64,000 nt of DNA from assembly GCA_951406725.2 (NCBI GenBank), contig OX597817.1, positions 52,390,001-52,454,000 of the forward strand, given 5' to 3'. The notes beneath the pieces were generated by a model, which saw only the letters and a list, made by a program, of their open reading frames with translations, was not told the DNA's origin and did not search any database. The position numbers and the translations under genes are program-made. This DNA comes from Octopus vulgaris (taxonomy: Eukaryota). Shown one piece after another: positions 1 to 13,695 of this stretch (position 1 is its first letter; the number at the start of each line of letters is the position of its first letter).

Positions 1-155
1 CCAGGGGAGGCTGACAGCAGCCACGATTGGTTGGTGCTTTCTATGTTCCACCAATCTTTATAATCATCGTTTTAATATCCACTTTTCCATAATTGTTTGG
101 GTTGGACAGAATTTGTTGAGGTGGATTTTTCGGTGGAAGACTGAAAATAGACAGT

Positions 156-281
156 ATTGATTTCAAATTTTGGCACAAGGCCAGCAATTTCGGGGTAAGG
201 GGTAAGTCGATTACATCGATCTCAGTACTGGTATTTATTTTATTGACCCTGAAAGGATGAAAGGCAAAGTTGACCCTCGGG
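156..281 (-). mobile_element. Partial tRNA-derived SINE, family A
   Basis: Reverse complement of the gtcgactttgcctttcatcctttcggggtcgataa...agtaccag core found at many sites in the window. Confidence 0.7.
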
Positions 282-547
282 GGTGAAATAGACAATATTA
301 CTTGTATGATGATAATGCTCATTTACAACCGCCATATGATGTCTAGATGAAGGTGTGCACATGCACACACGTGCGCGACAAGCTCCTTTTAGGTTTCTGC
401 CTGTCAAGTTCACTCATTAGGCTTTTGGTCAACCCAAGGCTGTAGTAGAAGATATTTCTCTAAGGTGCCTCACAGTGGTACTGAACCTAAGAGCACATGG
501 TTGAGAAGCAGGCTTCTTAACCACACAGCCATGCCTATGACCACACG

Positions 548-1445
548 CAGACAGAGACATGGACAGACAGACAGAGACACGGACAGACAGACAGAGACAC
601 GGACAGACAGACAGAGACACGGACGGACAGACAGACAGAAACACGGACAGACAGACAGAAACACGGACGGACAGACAGAAACACGGACAGACAGACAGAA
701 ACACGGACAGACAGACAGAAACACGGACAGACAGAAACACGGACAGACAGACAGAGACACGGACAGACAGACAGACAGAGACACGGACAGACAGACAGAC
801 AGAGACACGGACAGACAGACAGACAGAGACACGGACAGACAGACAGACAGAGACACGGACAGACAGACAGACAGAGACACGGACAGACAGACAGACAGAG
901 ACACGGACAGACAGACAGACAGAGACACGGACAGACAGACAGACACGGACAGACAGACAGACAGAGACACGACAGACAGACAGACAGAGACACGGACAGA
1001 CACGGACAGACAGAGACACGGACAGGCAGACACGGACAGGCAGACACGGACAGGCAGAGACACGGACAGACAGAGACACGGACAGACAGAGACACGGACA
1101 GACAGAGACACGGACAGACAGAGACACGGACAGACAGAGACACGGACAGACAGAGACACGGACAGACAGAGACACGGACAGGCAGAGACACGGACAGGCA
1201 GAGACACGGACAGGCAGAGACACGGACAGGCAGAGACACAGACAGGCAGAGACACAGACAGACAGAGACACGGACAGACAGAGACACGGACAGACAGAGA
1301 CACAGACAGGCAGAGACACAGACAGACAGAGACACAGACAGACAGAGACACAGACAGGCAGAGACACAGACAGGCAGAGACACAGACAGACAGAGACACT
1401 GGCAGACAGACAGACAGAGACACTGCCAGACAGACAGACAGACAG
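548..1445. repeat. Compound (GACA)n-derived micro/minisatellite (units such as gacacggacagacagacaga)
   Basis: About 900 nt of near-pure tandem units, almost T-free on the + strand; the source of the spurious long ORFs. Confidence 0.97.
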
Positions 1446-1575
1446 AATTTTTCCATTTCTTACGCTATTTTAGTGGTACTTTCCCTTGTTACATTAAATT
1501 TAAACTTTTGTAAATTGATTTTTTTTTTAATCGAAGCATTTTAACTTCAAATTATTTTTTTTATTTCCATGGCAG

Positions 1576-1647
1576 GTTTGCAACATTGTTGGAGGCCAAC
1601 GTTGCATAAAAAAATTAACTGAAATGCAAACATCCACCATGATCAAA
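1576..1647 (+). CDS. AGO2: Argonaute exon a (PAZ end/L2): [24 protein letters not shown]
   Basis: ggcag acceptor, gtaagt donor, 72 nt, phase 0; not in the ORF track. Confidence 0.95.
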
Positions 1648-4600
1648 GTAAGTATTTGTCTGTGGAGACATGTTTATTTTACGTGTGTGACTATGTCCTT
1701 GCTACTCTCTTTTTCACTCATAGTGCATGTATAGACATCAAGAATATCTTACCTTTTATTTGTTTCAATTATAGGGCTGTGGTCATCCTGGGGCACTACT
1801 TTGAAGGGTTTTAGTTAAACAAATCAACCCAGTACTTATTTTTTTATAAATGAGGTGCTTTTTTTTCTAAAGGTCTGTTTTGCCGAACAACTATGGTACG
1901 AGGGATGTAAACAGACCAACACAGGTTGTGATGTAATGGTAGCTGTCCAACAACTCCATCAATATAGCCAGCTGTAGTCAACAGTAGTCCACTCTGCTGG
2001 GCAGTTGGTGTTAGGAAGGGCATCCAGTTGTAAAAATCCTGCAAGGAGTGGTGCAGGAGTGGCTGTGTGGTAAGAAGATTGCTTCCCAACCACATGGTTC
2101 CGGGTTCAGTCCCACTGTGTGGCACCTTGGGCAAGTGTCTTCTACTCTAGCCAACCAAAGCCTTGTGATTGGATTTGGTAGACGGAAACTGAAAGAAACC
2201 CATTGCACACACACCCACACACACATATATATATGTATATACATACACACACACAAACATGGATGTATATGTTTGTGTGTCTGTGTTTGGCCCCTTACCA
2301 TCGCTTGACAACCGATGTTGGTGTGTTTACGTTCCTGTAACTTGGCAGTTCAGCAAAAGACTACTAGAATAAGTACTAGGCTTACAAAGAATAAGTCCCG
2401 GGATCGATTTGTTCGACTAAAGGTGGTGCTCCAGTATGGCTGCAGTCAAATGACTGAAACAAATGAAAGAATAAAAGAATTATAACAGTCACAGAAGTCT
2501 GGTGCAGGCTTCTGTCTGACTGGCTTCTCTCAAACCGTTCCACCCATGCCAGCATGGAAGGCAGACATTAAATGGTGGTGATTTAGCCATCAACAGTTCA
2601 CAAACCTTATCATCATTGTTTAATGTCCATTTTCTATCCAGGCATGGGTTGAACAGTTTAACAGGAGCTAGCAAGGCAGAGGACTGCACCATGTTCCAGT
2701 GTCTGTTTTGGCATGATTTCTATATCTGGCTACCTTTCTTAATGTCAACCACTTTGTAAAGTATACTGGGTGCTTTTTACTTGGCACTGGCCCCAGTGAT
2801 GTCACCAATTAACTCATGAAACAAAACCCCTCAGTTGAGTTAGGGGGGGGGAATAAGCATTGAGGGAGATGGCTTTACGTCAGGTAATGAAAGGCTAAAG
2901 TATGATAGAGATACAGGGACAGGTGTGTTGCTGTAAGGGAGATTACATGGTTATTCCAGTTGGAAAGGGGCAAAGATGGTAATAAAGACATTGCAGGGCA
3001 TACCCTCATCTCTCTATCTCTCTATATATATAAACGGCAAAATGTCTGTCTGTGTGTGTGTCCTTTATACAAATCCACAATTTTTAAGTTAGAGGGTTCG
3101 CACTTTCTATGGTCATTCAAAACCGTCCAAGGGTGGTTGTGCATATCTTTACATTTCCCCGGTCACCCTACAAAGCCATTAAAAAATCAATACAAGTGAC
3201 TTTTTTTGTGAATTTTCTATTCAAAACCCAATCAAAATGCCCGAAACCTGATACTCCAATTGAATGCCAGCTAGCTGTATGTGATTGGTCGGTGATTTGG
3301 ACAGTACTTGAGTGTATGTGCGCACGCACATATGCAGCTGTATATGCATGCACTAGCACTATGACCCGGCAACGCCGGGTCATAGTGCTATGAAGTGCTG
3401 TGCTGTGGGACTGAACCCAGAACAATATGGTTTGGAAGCAAGCTTCATACTACCCTACCACACACACATGCATTGATTCTACATCTGTTAAACATAGTGC
3501 TAGTATTACATGAAGAAGAATATAAGAGGATTGATACAGAGGTGAATGGACTGGGTGAATGGGTAGCAATTTTTAGACAATTATCTAAGAGGGACACCCT
3601 TTCCAGTTTTGCTTGTCAGTTGACTGATTTTCTCTTATTAATTTCAGGAAACCGCTCGGTCAGCACCAAACCGAGAACGGGACATCAACAGTTTGGTATG
3701 TAATTATTTTTCTTTTCTCTTTTCCTTTTCTGTTATTTGTTTGTTTCAGTCGTGGAGTTGTGGCTATGCTGGAATCTCACTTGATGGGTTTAGACAATCA
3801 AGTTGATTTTGGTACTTTTTGTAAGTCTGGTACTTTTGTACCAGACAATGGGACCACAAATACATACACATTGAGGCACACATGCATATATAGGCAGGCA
3901 CACATGCATATATAAAGCAGGCACACATACATATGTATACACACACACCCATCACCATCACCATCATCATCTTCATCATTTTCTTCATCATCTTCTTCAT
4001 CATCTTCTTCATCATCTTCTTCATCATCTTCTTCCATCTTCTTCTTTTTCATCATTATCTTCTTCTCCTTCTTCATCTTGATGTCCACTTTTCCATGCTA
4101 GCATGGATTAGACAATTTGTTGAGGCAGATTTTCTACGTCTGGATGCTCTTCCTGTTCACAACACTCACCTGTTTCCAATGAACGTAATATTTCCCCATG
4201 GCCAGACATGTTTTCATAGAATACAATACTGAAAATGAGTGACACTCATTTACAAGAACCACACAATGGGAAGACAAACAGACCCCCCCACCTCCCCCAC
4301 ATATGATGGTCTTCTTTCAGTTTCCATTTTCAAAATACACTTAGATGACTTTGGTTGGCCTGGTGCTATGAAGTGCTGTGCTGTGGGACTGAACCCAGAA
4401 CAATATGGTTTGGAAGCAAGCTTCATACTACCCTACCACACACACATGCATTGATTCTACATCTGTTAAACATGGTCTAATGGTAAAACATCAGTCATGT
4501 TTACAGAAATTATGGGTTCAAGTCCCATGAGCAGCCTTTGACTTTTCCATCTGAGGGATTTTTCAACCTGATATTTACATGTATTTATTTATAGCTTTAT

Positions 4601-5688
4601 GTACTTCGAACTCCACTATTAAAAGATGATTTATTTCATCTCTTAAAATTTCAGGAGGCGCAATGGCCCAGTGGTTAGGGCAGCAGACTCGCGGTCGGAG
4701 GATCACGGTTTCGATTTCCAGACTGGGTGTTGTGTGTATTTATTGAGCGAAAACACCTAAAGCTCCATGAGGCTCCAGCAGGGGTGGTGGCGACCCCTGT
4801 TGTACTCTTTTGCCCCAACTTTCTCTCACTCTTTCTTCCTATTTCTTGAGTAACGCTGCAATGGACTGGCATCCCATCCAGCTGGGGGGGAACGCATACG
4901 GCATAGAAACCAGGAAACCGGGCCCATGAGCCTGGCTAGGCTTGAAAAGGGTGCATAAATAATAATATGACATAAACAGCATACAATTCTCATGAATAAG
5001 AATAAAAACTCCTAAAATGGATAGAGACATTTGAAGGATTGTTTTGGTCCAGTGGTAGAAAGTCTGTCATGTTTACAGATGTTGGTAATCTTTGATATTT
5101 TCCATCTAAGGAGTTTTTAACCTGATATTAAGGTAAAGACCCCCTTCAGTCTGGGCATGGTTGTTTTTAAAAGACCAGCAGTTGCCCATGTAACGCCACC
5201 AATGTTGTCCAAGGGCAAGGCAAAGACCAATATAGCTTAGCACCAGTAACGCTGCAACTCACTTCTACGGCTGAGTAAACTGGAACAATGTGGAATAAAG
5301 TGTCTTGCTCAAGAACACAACACAGCCGGGTCCAGGAATTGAACTCACTACCTCATGATTCTGAGCCCGATGTTCTAACCACTGAGCCGTGCACCTTCAA
5401 TAACGCAATATTAATATGCTAATATTTATAGCTTTATCTACTTTGAGTTCCACCACTTGAAATGGTTAATAATAATAATAATTTTGTATTGAAATTGGTT
5501 CTTAAACTCTATACTCTTTTACTTGTTTCAGTCATTTGGCTGTAGCCATGCTGGAGCACTGCCTTTTTAATCAAGCAAATTGATCCTAGTACTTATTCTA
5601 TCAGACTCTTTGCCAGACTGCTAAGTTACGGGGACGTAAACACACCAGCATCGGTTGTCAAGTGATGTTGGGGAGAAAAAACAGACAC

Positions 5689-5749
<61 letters not shown>

Positions 5750-8700
5750 AACCAAAATATACACATTGCTAAATGGCAAAAGAAAGTATTCACATGTCAC
5801 TTAGTAACAACAAGAGAATAGTTGGAACCCAAGGCCCGCCATGCTAGATCGTCAGCCACTACACACATTCTCTCCTTGTTTTTTCTGTGTCCCTTTCTGT
5901 AGAAGAGCGTAGGCTCGAAACGTAAAAGACTTTTTCTATTCCTGAGCATTATACTAATACATCTGTTTGTTTTGTACACCACCTGTCTTTGTCTTTTGTT
6001 TTTTTTTCGTAAACTTTCCCTATATATATATATACGACAGGCTTCTTTCAGTTTCCATCTACCAAATCCACTCACAAGGCTTTGGTCGGCCCGAGACTGG
6101 AGTAGAAGACACTTGCTCAAGGTGCCACGCAGTGAGACTGAACCCGGAACCATGTAGTTCATAAGCAAGCTACTTACCACACAGCCACTCACGGTCCCAC
6201 TAGAAACCTTTGACCTTTTTATCTCAAAGGGTTTTTCAACTTCACATTTACATGCTGTTATTTGCAACTTTACATGTACTTCCAGAACCAATTCCATGTT
6301 CTCTCAAAAGTTTATAAATTCCTGACATCAGTAATAAAATGTTCTTCTTTCCTTACTCCAGGTGTCTAAAGCAAACTTCAGTGAAGATCCCTATTTGCAG
6401 CAATTTGGTGTTCAGGTCAATCCAAAGATGGTAGAGGTTGAAGGGCGTGTTATAGATGCACCCAAAATCCAATATGGTGGACGGGTAAGTTGCAGCTCAT
6501 TATTATTATTATTATTATTATTGAGTGAGAGAGCAGTGCCTGCCATCAAAGTGACACTGGGGTAAAATATACGAAGCCCAGTATACCCATCATGACTACC
6601 TGTCTGATAAGGGTACACCAGGCACATGCATCACAACCATATGTGCATGACATGGTGATCTGATATCAAGATAAACAGTGCATGACCTTGCAGGTGGGGC
6701 CCAGTTAGAATTTTCATCAAGTCGAGTAGCCCATCCCACTCAGAGGTCCCTGAATAAGGGTTGTTTCAGGATGTTGAATGAAACACCCATTTTTCCAGAA
6801 GTGAATTATTCAAACCCCAAAGAATCCCTCTCGACACATGGCTATGATGCTCTCCCATTACTTCTGCTCGTGATCAGAGATGCACATATCGTCAGCCACC
6901 AAGGGACATGCTCAACTGGTTATGGTCAAACAACTGACAAGCAAATCTGTGGTATTGAGCAGAATATTTGCTGTAGCCCATCTTTTATATCAAGACAAAA
7001 CAATGTACATGATAACACTTCCAATCAGTTGAGGTGAGAAGCCATGAGATCCACTGCCTGGTGGGCATTATTATTATTATTCTTATTCTTACTGCATCTA
7101 TCAACTGAGAAAGTGAACATATTATACTCTTTCCCCATTACTGATTTTTACCTATATTTATTTTTCCAATTTGTTAAATTAAAGAAGTAATAAAAATAAA
7201 AAAGATTTTTTTTTCATTATGACTCCTATGGCTCACAAGTCTGGTGCTTATTTTGGGTACCTGTAGCATTTAAACAGATGAGACCAATCTCCACTTGGAT
7301 AATGCACCAGTCCATTTTGGGTGACTTATCCACCTGCAGGTGGAATTGAACACAGCTCTGCTAGCTGATGAAACACTCCTCAGTTTTATGGTACTCCTGC
7401 TGCTTGTAGTTGTGAATTATAGTTCACTATTGTGTCCATTTGCAATTTGTGTATTTCTGATCTTGGAAGATAAATGCCTTATTCATAGATACAATGCTGT
7501 GCTAACGGCTGGATATGTTTGGTACAATATTGAATGATTGGTACTGTATTGACTGGTTGAAATTCCTTATTTCCAAGCAATTCTTGGTGGAAATTTTGGG
7601 AACCAGTTCCTGTTTTGACAAACAGTACTATATACCTCTTACATGTTTGAGGGCAGGATGAAAAACATTGACTGTAGAAGTATTTGAACTTGTAACCTTA
7701 TATATTTGATTCCATCATCTCACCTGCACAGCCACTGTACCATTCCTGACTTCATATTCATAATTTATTAATTTTTTTTTTTTGTAGTCGTTTTAAAAAA
7801 ATATTTATTTCACCTATTTTGCTATAACCTGGTTTCAGACGAAAGCATTAGCAGTTCCAAACCAAGGTGTGTGGGATATGCGTGCCAAACAGTTTTACAA
7901 TGGGATAGAGATCAGAGTGTGGGCTATTGCTTGTTTTGCTGCCCAAAAAAACGTCAAAGAAGAAGCCCTCAGGTAATTCTCTTTGTTTGTTGTTGAGGTT
8001 GCTGTTTGGGGCCTTAATAGTGATTTATTTATTTATTTTATTTTAATGAGATAAAGAAAAGTTTCCATGTCCTATCACCCTCCACAAGTGTGATGGTATC
8101 ATATCTGAATTAACTTCTATGCTGGTTGCTCACATCTATTTCCACAATTATAAATAGCAGACTTTGGTCTGGTTGTCTTTTAATTCTTCAGCATTCAGGT
8201 TATTCTGCCAAATGTAATGCCTATTTATTCATATTGCTTTGAATTATGCATTATCTCGTAGCTTTGAGATTTTGAAGATATGATTGTATATATTTAAACT
8301 GAAAAGGCAGTGAGCTGGCAGAAACGTTAGCATGCCGGGCGAAATGCGTAGCCGTATTTCGTCTGCTGTTATGTTCTGAGTGTAAATTCAGCTGAGGTCG
8401 ACTTTGCCTTTCATCCTTTTGGGGTCGATAAATTAAGTACCAGTTATGCACTGGGGTCGATGTAATTGACTTAATCCCTTTGTTTGTCCTTGTTTGTCCC
8501 CTCTGTGTTTAGCCCCTTGTGGGTAGTAAAGAAATAGGTATTTCGTCTGCCGCTATGTTCTGAGTTCAAATTCCGCCGAGGTCGACTTTGCCTGTCATCC
8601 TTTCGGGGTTGATTAAATAAGTACCAGTTATGCACTGGGGTCGATATAATCGACTTAATCTGTTTGTCCTGTCTATGTTTAGTCCCTTGTGGGTAGTAAA

Positions 8701-11533
8701 GAAATAGGTATTTCATCTATCTTTGTTGTGAGTTCAAATTCCGCCGAGGTCGACTTTGCTTTTCATCCTTTTGGGGTTAGTAAATTAAGTACCAGTTGCA
8801 TACTGGGGTTGATCTAAATGACTGGTGCCCCTTCCCCCAAAATTTCAGACCTTGTGCCTAGAGTAGAAAAGAATACTTTTAAAGGCAGCGAACTGGCAGA
8901 AACATTAGCACGCTGGGCAAAATGCATAGCAGTATTTCATCTTTTTACATTGTGAATTCAAATTCCGCCGAAGTTGACTTTGCTTTTCGTCCTTTTAGTG
9001 TCGATAGATTATGTACTAGTTGCATACTGGGGTTGATCTAATTGACTGGCCCCTTACCCCAAAATTTCAGGTCTTGTGCCTAGAGAAGAAAAGAATATTA
9101 TTATTAAGGTGACAAATTGGTAGAATTATTACTGCACCAGGCAAAATGCTTAGCAATGTTGCATTTGGTTCTTTAGATTCTGAGTTCTAATGTTGCCAAT
9201 GATGACTTTGCCATTCATCCTTTTGGGGTTGATAAAATAAGTACCTGTTGAACTCTGGAGCGGGTAGTATAATCTTCCCTCAAAATTATTGACCTTGTGC
9301 CAAAATTAGAAAGTGTAATTAATAATATTAACGTATTGTGTGTACGTGTAAGCAAATGCATGTCTTTTTGGGTTTATTTTAGCCATCATAAACTAAGGCC
9401 ATGCTGGAGCACAGCTTTCATTGTGTGACGTCCATTATGAGCTTTTGCATTTAAAAGAATTGTGGGTAGAGGAATGGGAGAGTGGAGACCAAAACGAAAT
9501 TCTGTATAAATTTGTCATTGTTAAAAGTGAACTAAATTTGATTTTCACAGGAGTTTTACACAACAACTACAGCGTATTTCAAACGATGCTGGCATGCCAA
9601 TCAGTGGCCAGCCCTGCTTCTGTAAATATGCCAGCATTCCTGAGCATGTGGACCCAATGTTTACATATTTGAAGAATAAGTTCCAAGGACTACAACTGAT
9701 AGTTGTCATACTGCCAGGAAAAACACCAGTTTATGGTAGGTTGATAGCATTTCTTCTTTTCGTTGATTTGTGTTAGATGACTGTCGTAGTGATTTTCAGG
9801 GATTTGTGTTGTTTGTAAGAAGGGTGAAGTACTTGATAACTTCTTTGATTTATTTGGTGATTGTGTCTTTATACTGTTAAAAGAGAAACCACGTTGCTAT
9901 GTCCTCATAAAAGAAAAGTATGAGAGAAAGTTACCATTGAAGAAGACTGCATTGAAAATGACAAAAGCTTATCAGTTTACACAAATTGTTTTTGATTTCA
10001 GCTGAAGTGAAGCGTGTTGGTGATATCACATTTGGTCTTGCTACTCAATGTGTCCAGGCCAGGAATGTTACACGTACATCTCCACAAACTCTCTCCAATT
10101 TATGTCTGAAGATAAATGTCAAACTAGGTGGCATCAACAGCATCTTACTTCCAAGTATTCGGTAAGTTCCATTTGTTACATTGCAGTGAATCTGTTTAGA
10201 GCGGGATCTCTTGTAAGCCGCTAAGCTCTCAACCAGTGGTGGCTGTCTTTATGTAATGATCTTAATGAGGGATAAACTTTGGTTCACCAGTCATCACATC
10301 ATCGTCATCGTTTAACGTCCGCTTTCCATGCTAGCATGGGTTGGACAGTTTGACTGAGGGCTGGCGAACCATATGGCTGCACCAGGCTCCAGTCTCGATC
10401 TGGAAGAGTTTCTACAGCTAGATGCCCTTCCTAACGCCAACCACTCCAAGAGTGAAGTGGGTGTTTTTTACATGCCACCGGCACGGGGGCCTGTCAGGCG
10501 GTACTGGCAATGACCTCGTTTGAATCTTTTTACACACGCCACCGGTACAGGTGCCAGAAAGGCGATGTTGGTAACGATCACGCTCGAATGGTGCCTTTTA
10601 CATGTCACCGGCATGGAAGCCGGTTAGCCGCTCTGTCAACAATCACGCTTGTATGGTGCTCTTTGCACCCCTCTAGCATGGGTGCCCGTCATCAAATTTC
10701 ACATGTATCCTAATCATAATTTGGGTTTCAATATTAGCCTGGTTGACCGTGAGGATTAGGGTACTCTGGCTTGAATCTTGGAGCAACTTTCCACTGCTTT
10801 TTCATAAGCACCATCATTTAACATTTTCCCCCACACTGGCATGCATTGGATGATGTAACAGGAACTGGTGAACGAGGGGAGTGCATCAAGCTTCAGTGTT
10901 TGCTTTGGCAGGGTTCCTGTGGTTGGATATCCTTCCTAGCATCAACAACTTTACAGCGTGTGCAGGGTACTTTTTACATGACACCAGCCCCAGTGAGGTC
11001 TCTAATTGTCAAGGCAATTCTCCTCTACTGAGGTGAGATGTAGTGTTGAGTAAGGTGGCTTTATGCTGGGTGATGAAATATTATGCCTTACTTCCCTGGG
11101 CATGGATACATTGAAATTCCGATGTCTGGCAGCTGACTTGGCAGACACCCATAAAATTATTAACCATCTTACAAACGATAACTCTGAGCACCTTTTCAAA
11201 CTCCACCGGTCTAACACCTGTGGACATGTTTACAAAGTCAGAAAACAGCACAGCTCCCGTGCCTTTTGGAAACATTTTTTCACGCTAAGAGTTGCTGAAG
11301 TATGGAACAAACTGCCAGCATCAGTTGTTAGTTGTCGGAGCACTGCATCATTCAAAACTTCCATGCTTCCTGAGATTCGCCAACACTACACCTGATTTTC
11401 TCCCCTCCATACACATACAAGCATGTATCTGACTCATACACTATTCACTTTCCAGACATTTGTACATTACTGCATATGCTTTATATGCACTTTTGACAAG
11501 TTGTGGTGCACCTGAGCACTGTATACAATAATT

Positions 11534-11567
<34 letters not shown>

Positions 11568-13276
11568 AATATCACATGGGGGACAAAAACAAGTGTCTTG
11601 ATGTAGGGAAGATTCCTGGTTACCCCCAGATGGGAAAGAGAGAAGACACAATCTAATACCTTGAAACAGGGTCCAGTGTTTGGAGACATACTAATGTGTA
11701 GGGAAATAGTGCAATTAGAACATCTGAAGGACCATAGAAATTACGATTTGAGCTTAATTACTGCCAGCTAATTGGTCACAAGTTAGTTATGTTTTTGTAG
11801 TGATCTTCACTCATGGTACCTATTTACTGTTGATTAAACAGAGCCAGTAGAGTTTCGATGCTTTGACCATGGATATTTCTCAGCATGTGATAGAAACTGT
11901 TGGCAGTGAGCTGGCATAAATGTTAGCACGCTGGGCGAAATGCGTAGCCATATTTCGTCTGCTGTTACGTTCTGAGTTCAAATTCCGCCGAGGTCAACTT
12001 TGCCTTTCATCCTTTCGGGGTTGATAAATTAAGTACCAGTTACGCACTGGGGTTGATGTAATCGACTTAACCCTTTTGCTTTTCCTTGTTTGTCCCTTCT
12101 ATGTTTAGCCTCTTGTGGGCAATAAAGAAATAAGAAACTGTTGGCCCTTTGGCCAGATTGTGATCCTTTATGCTTGACCAGCTATGATTATGCACAAGAG
12201 AGGGTGGTTAATTCCCTAAATTCTTTTGGGTTGTTTTGTCACAAGCCTTTGCTTTATGTAAGATTCCTAGCAGAAATACATTGAAGTGTGTTCCCATCAC
12301 CTCTAGATCGCAGAACCTTTTTTTTTTTTAATCATATGGAAGGCAGTACTTCTGACCGTTTTACAATATGAGTAGAAGTGAAGTAGGAGTATGATGTGTT
12401 GTGTCCCAGGGAAAACAAGTAACTCTTTGGGCTGGTTACCTGGTTTCCATGGTACACAGGTGACTGAGAAAATATCATTGCCCCTGAACATGATGCCGGT
12501 TCATGGTAAGATTATCCATCTACAGCTGAGTGGTCTCAGGCAATGTGAAATGACGTGTTTTGCTCATGAATAAAATGCACCACCCAGTCCAGGAGTTGAA
12601 ACCAGGATCTTAAGATTGTGAGTGCAACCTCCGAGCCTCTAGGCCATGCACTTTTTGGAAATATGTTAGAAATATATATATATATACATACATAAGACAG
12701 TAAGGTGTGATTTGAGGGAGATTTGGCTGCTATTTCTACCATGTCTAGCTGCCATGTAGGGGTCTCCCTCATAGGCTCATACATACATATATACATAGAT
12801 AAGACAGTAAGGTGTGATTTGGGGGAAATTTGGCTGCTATTTCTACCAGGTCTAGCTACCATGTAGAGGTCCTCCTCATTGGCTCATATATATATACATA
12901 CATAAGACAGTAAGGTGTGATTTGAGGGAGATTTGGCTGCTGTTTCTACCAGGTCTGTTAGGCCTTCTCATGTAAACTCAAGCTTTCTCATGCCTTGAAC
13001 ATAAGACCAAAGCAGAGAATGTATTCTTTTATTCTTCTGCTTTTTCCAGCCATTGGTCTGTGGCCATGCTGGGGCAATGCCTTGAAGAATTGTAGTTTAA
13101 TGAATCAACTCCAGTTTTATTTTTGTAAGCATTGTACTTATTCTATCTGTTTCCTTTGTCAAACCACTAGGTGACAGGGATGTAAACAAACCAACATTCG
13201 TTGTCAAGCAGTGGTGGAGGACAATCACAAGCACAGACACGCACACACACACACATACATGCATACACATATACAC

Positions 13277-13307
<31 letters not shown>

Positions 13308-13652
13308 TATGTGTGTATATATATTGCAGCGTGGAAGGTGTTTGTAAGCCATTTAAGAAACACAAAAACCGTTAGATTCACTTCAACATTTAAATTTAAT
13401 TTGCCAAAATATTTTCCTCGCTTTGAGACCGCAACCTGTTCACTGACAAAAATATCGTACTAACAGGTCGCGGTCTCAAAGCGCCGAAAATATTTTGACA
13501 AATTAAATTTAAATGTTGAAGTGAATCTAACGGTTTTTGTGTGTTTCTTAAATGGCTTATAAACACCTTCAACGCTGCAACTGTTTTCGTTCCAGCACAC
13601 GATCTCAGATCAAGTCACTTGCTATGCAAGTACATCTCTGTAACTATATATA

Positions 13653-13695
<43 letters not shown>

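Noticed and set aside
429-1544. Five long overlapping ORFs (282-359 aa)
   Set aside because: Translations of a GACA-based tandem repeat that lacks stop codons; no protein features.
3764-4232. Acidic EEDD, MMKK and IIFF ORFs
   Set aside because: (CAT/CTT)n microsatellite translations.
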